Of a DNA stretch of 64,000 bases, positions 61,701 through 64,000 are shown piece after piece. The notes under the pieces are model-generated. The model worked only from the letters and a program-made list of their open reading frames with translations. It had not been told where the DNA came from and did not search any database. Both the position numbers and the translations under genes were made by a program. Every line of letters starts with the position of its first letter. The first letter of the stretch is position 1. Where the stretch lies: positions 124,001 through 188,000 of the forward strand of contig JBDOQK010000020.1 of the NCBI GenBank assembly GCA_040437565.1, given 5' to 3'. This DNA comes from Albugo candida. Taxonomy: Eukaryota.

Positions 61701-61847
61701 TGCATTGCGTTTGAAGAAGTCGCTATACGGACTTAAGCAGGCAGGAAGATTATGGAGCCAGCTACTACATGGCAAACTGAAAGATGCTGTATTTACACGC
61801 TGTAGTACGGACATGTGTTTGTACTACAATCGATCGGGTAACGAGAC
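58731..61847 (+). mobile_element. Ty1/copia LTR retrotransposon interior, degenerate (PBS-like, gag, PR, IN, RT)
   Basis: TTATGAGCCCA PBS-like site, gag FNGKELY..GFLWSEDVKVDVLGHYL, knuckle relic YKYGETGHIK, protease WILESGSSQH, HHRLSHL, RTDGCGEY, SNGKAER, HVLHTKWV, LKKSLYGLKQAGRLW. Confidence 0.92.
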
Positions 61848-62049
61848 NNNNNNNNNNNNNNNNNNNNNNNNNNNNNNNNNNNNNNNNNNNNNNNNNNNNN
61901 NNNNNNNNNNNNNNNNNNNNNNNNNNNNNNNNNNNNNNNNNNNNNNNGTCAACAGAACAAATGGGTTTTGGCTATAAGGGAAGAGCTCCGGGCATTGGAG
62001 GAGAATAGCGTATGTACGGTAAAGGTGCCTCCCAGCGTTAGCCACGTAC

Positions 62050-62739
62050 TGTTAGACTTTACAAGACGAGAGGATGCTGTGAAAAGTAGAAGTCTCGTGT
62101 CTATATAGTTTTATATCTTTCTACAAACAGCTTCCTTATGCTCTCTACCATCAACCAATTTATGGACAAAACGTGGCTGCACCTACCCGCCGACAGTGGT
62201 CGGCCGGACTTCTACACACTCTCACCATCTTGTATTTCTTCCAATACTCCTCCCCAGTCGTCACACGCTCGCCCACACCTATCGCTACAGCAAATTGAAT
62301 AGCTCTCGTAATTGTGCAATCCTTTGCGCCGGCAACACTTTTGTCGGTAAGTCCGCCTTCATAAGTCGNNNNNNNNNNNNNNNNNNNNNNNNNNNNNNNN
62401 NNNNNNNNNNNNNNNNNNNNNNNNNNNNNNNNNNNNNNNNNNNNNNNNNNNNNNNNNNNNNNNNNNNNCGGGAATCGAACTAACGACCTCCGGCAGGGGG
62501 TCCGTGCGCTCAAGTGCTTAACCGACTGAGCTGGTTACGGACCCCCTTTAGACTCTAGACGAAAGGATGCTGTGAAAAGTAGAAGTCTCGTCGTCTATCT
62601 TGTTGTATATCGTCCCACAAACAACTTCCTTATGCTCTCTACCATCAACTATTTTATGAACAAAACGTGGCTGCACCTACCCGCCGAGAGTGGTCAGCCG
62701 AACTTCTACACACTCTCACCATCTTGCATTCTTCCAGTA
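62050..62739 (-). mobile_element. Nested copia element (interior collapsed in gap): LTRs 62547-62739 and 62050-62246, PPT, 5-bp TSD
   Basis: Two ~195-bp diverged direct repeats. On the minus strand, GGGGAGGAG (62247-62255) directly precedes the 3' LTR TATTGGAAG...TCTAACA. Pol end LMKADLPTKVLPAQRIAQLRELFNLL* at 62285-62368. TSD CGTAC/TGTAC. Confidence 0.85.
62469..62545 (-). mobile_element. Second copy of the tRNA-derived SINE-like head
   Basis: Reverse complement GGGGTCCGTAACCAGCTCAGTCGGTTAAGCACTTGAGCGCACGGACCCCCTGCCGGAGGTCGTTAGTTCGATTCCCG is nearly identical to 50964-51040. A box AGCTCAGTCGG, B box GTTCGATTCCC. Confidence 0.75.
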
Positions 62740-64000
62740 TGTACTACACACGAAGCGGGTTTTCAAGAGGAAGAACGACGCAGATGAAAAGATCGAACGT
62801 TACAAAGCGATACTCGTAGCCTGCGGGAACGAGCAGCTTTTCGGGGTCGATTATGGACTTCCTTTTGCCGCCGTTACGAAGCTCATTACCGTCAAAGTGG
62901 TACTACTCCTTGCTAGGAAATGGGGTGTACCGGCGAGGGACGGGGACATCTAAACGCGTACGTCGTACGTAAAGGCAGACACGGAAGAGCATTTGGAGAT
63001 TTACCTGCGTATACCACAAGGTATGGAAATCCACACAGAAGATATGCGAAATTGGGTGCGGATATGGGGAGGCAAGTTGCATTGCGTTTGAAGAAGTCGC
63101 TATACGAACTTGAGCAGGCAGGAAGATTATGGAGTCAGCTACTACATGGCAAGCTGGAACATGCAGGGTTTGCACGCTGTACTACGGACATATCTTTGTA
63201 CTACAATCGATTGGGTAGCGAGATGATCGTCGTAGGAGTTTACATCGATAATCTCATGGTTACGGAATCGCCAGTGGAAGCTTTTTTGTTACAATAGGTA
63301 TACTCTAAATAAAGGACCTCGGTGAAGTAAGGTATTTTTTGGGAATACGCGTTGAGCTAAGCGAGAGGGTGGCTACACGCTTTATCAGTAGGCGACTACT
63401 GAAGAACTCCTGGAGAAGCATGGATTGGCTGAAGCGAACAAGCTACAAATTCCAGCAGGCGAGGATAGAAATGAAGATGAAGCGAGTGAGACGAAGTATC
63501 TGGTGACGGAAGGAGTACCAGGTGATCCAAGTATCCGCGAATTTCAGTCACTTGTTGGAAGTTTGCTATGGACTTCACGCTGTACGCAGCCGGACATAAG
63601 CTTCGCCGTTCACGACGCGACGCGACAAACCCACAAGCCGACTTTAAGAATGGGTATTAGCGAAAAATGTTGCTCGCTATCTGAAAGGTACAAAGGAATT
63701 GGAGGTGTACATGAAAATGAGTGCGTCGGACGCAGATGAGCTGTTGTTTGAGAGCTGGAGCGACGCGGATTTCGCAAACGAGAAGCAAGATCGGAAGTCC
63801 GTTACGGGTGGAGTGATTACGATGTATGGTGCCATTATACAATGGATCTGCAAGAAGCAGACTGGTGTATTCCTTTGCACCATGGAGGCTGAATTCACTT
63901 CAGCGTCTCACGGAGTTTTGGGGGCTACGTGAGCTTTTGGGGCTACGCGAGCTCGTGCGAGAGATTGAATTTATGGTCCGCGAGTCGATGACCATGAGGA

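Larger units (their letters stand above)
61948..64000 (+). mobile_element. Second diverged copia RT/RNase H region, interrupted at 62050-62739
   Basis: SHV|LHTK split by the insertion. KIERYKAILVACGN, VGVYIDNL, SLVGSLLW..TQPDISFAV, WSDADFANEKQDRKSVTG, TMEAEF. Confidence 0.9.

Noticed and set aside
62050-62739. TRIM (miniature LTR element)
   Set aside because: Contains the copia pol C-terminus next to a gap of unknown true size; more likely a collapsed longer element.

Overview
Eukaryotic draft scaffold from an oomycete, most likely an Albugo-type white-rust pathogen. This is an inference from short GT-AG introns, very tight gene spacing, oomycete Inr/FPR-like promoter motifs and an oomycete-type copia gag. 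There are twelve 100-N gaps, eight of them flanked by direct overlaps that inflate apparent copy number. 1-16 kb is a gene-dense housekeeping block: NDUFB2 3' end, dynactin p150, a lamin-tail-domain membrane protein, VPS52, GH2 beta-mannosidase, syntaxin-16 and TANGO6/RTP1. 19-35 kb is an accessory zone with decayed RRP46 and TRAPPC9-like relics, an orphan coiled-coil gene ending in a 61-bp minisatellite, and two paralogous two-exon candidate secreted genes sharing a His-rich cationic amphipathic (piscidin-like) helix. A third relative with the same leader lies at 52 kb. 35-47 kb holds a tandem pair of DUF3712/LEA_2-like type II membrane proteins, a degenerate tail-anchored RhoGAP-like gene, a DOMON-ferric reductase and eIF5. 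48-64 kb is transposon-rich: a TIR/TSD-bounded Mutator, a tRNA-derived SINE-like element in two copies, a LINE ORF1 relic, and copia elements including one nested in another with LTRs, PPT and TSD. No CRISPR, rRNA or intact tRNA was seen. All family assignments are by motif recognition only; no searches were run.
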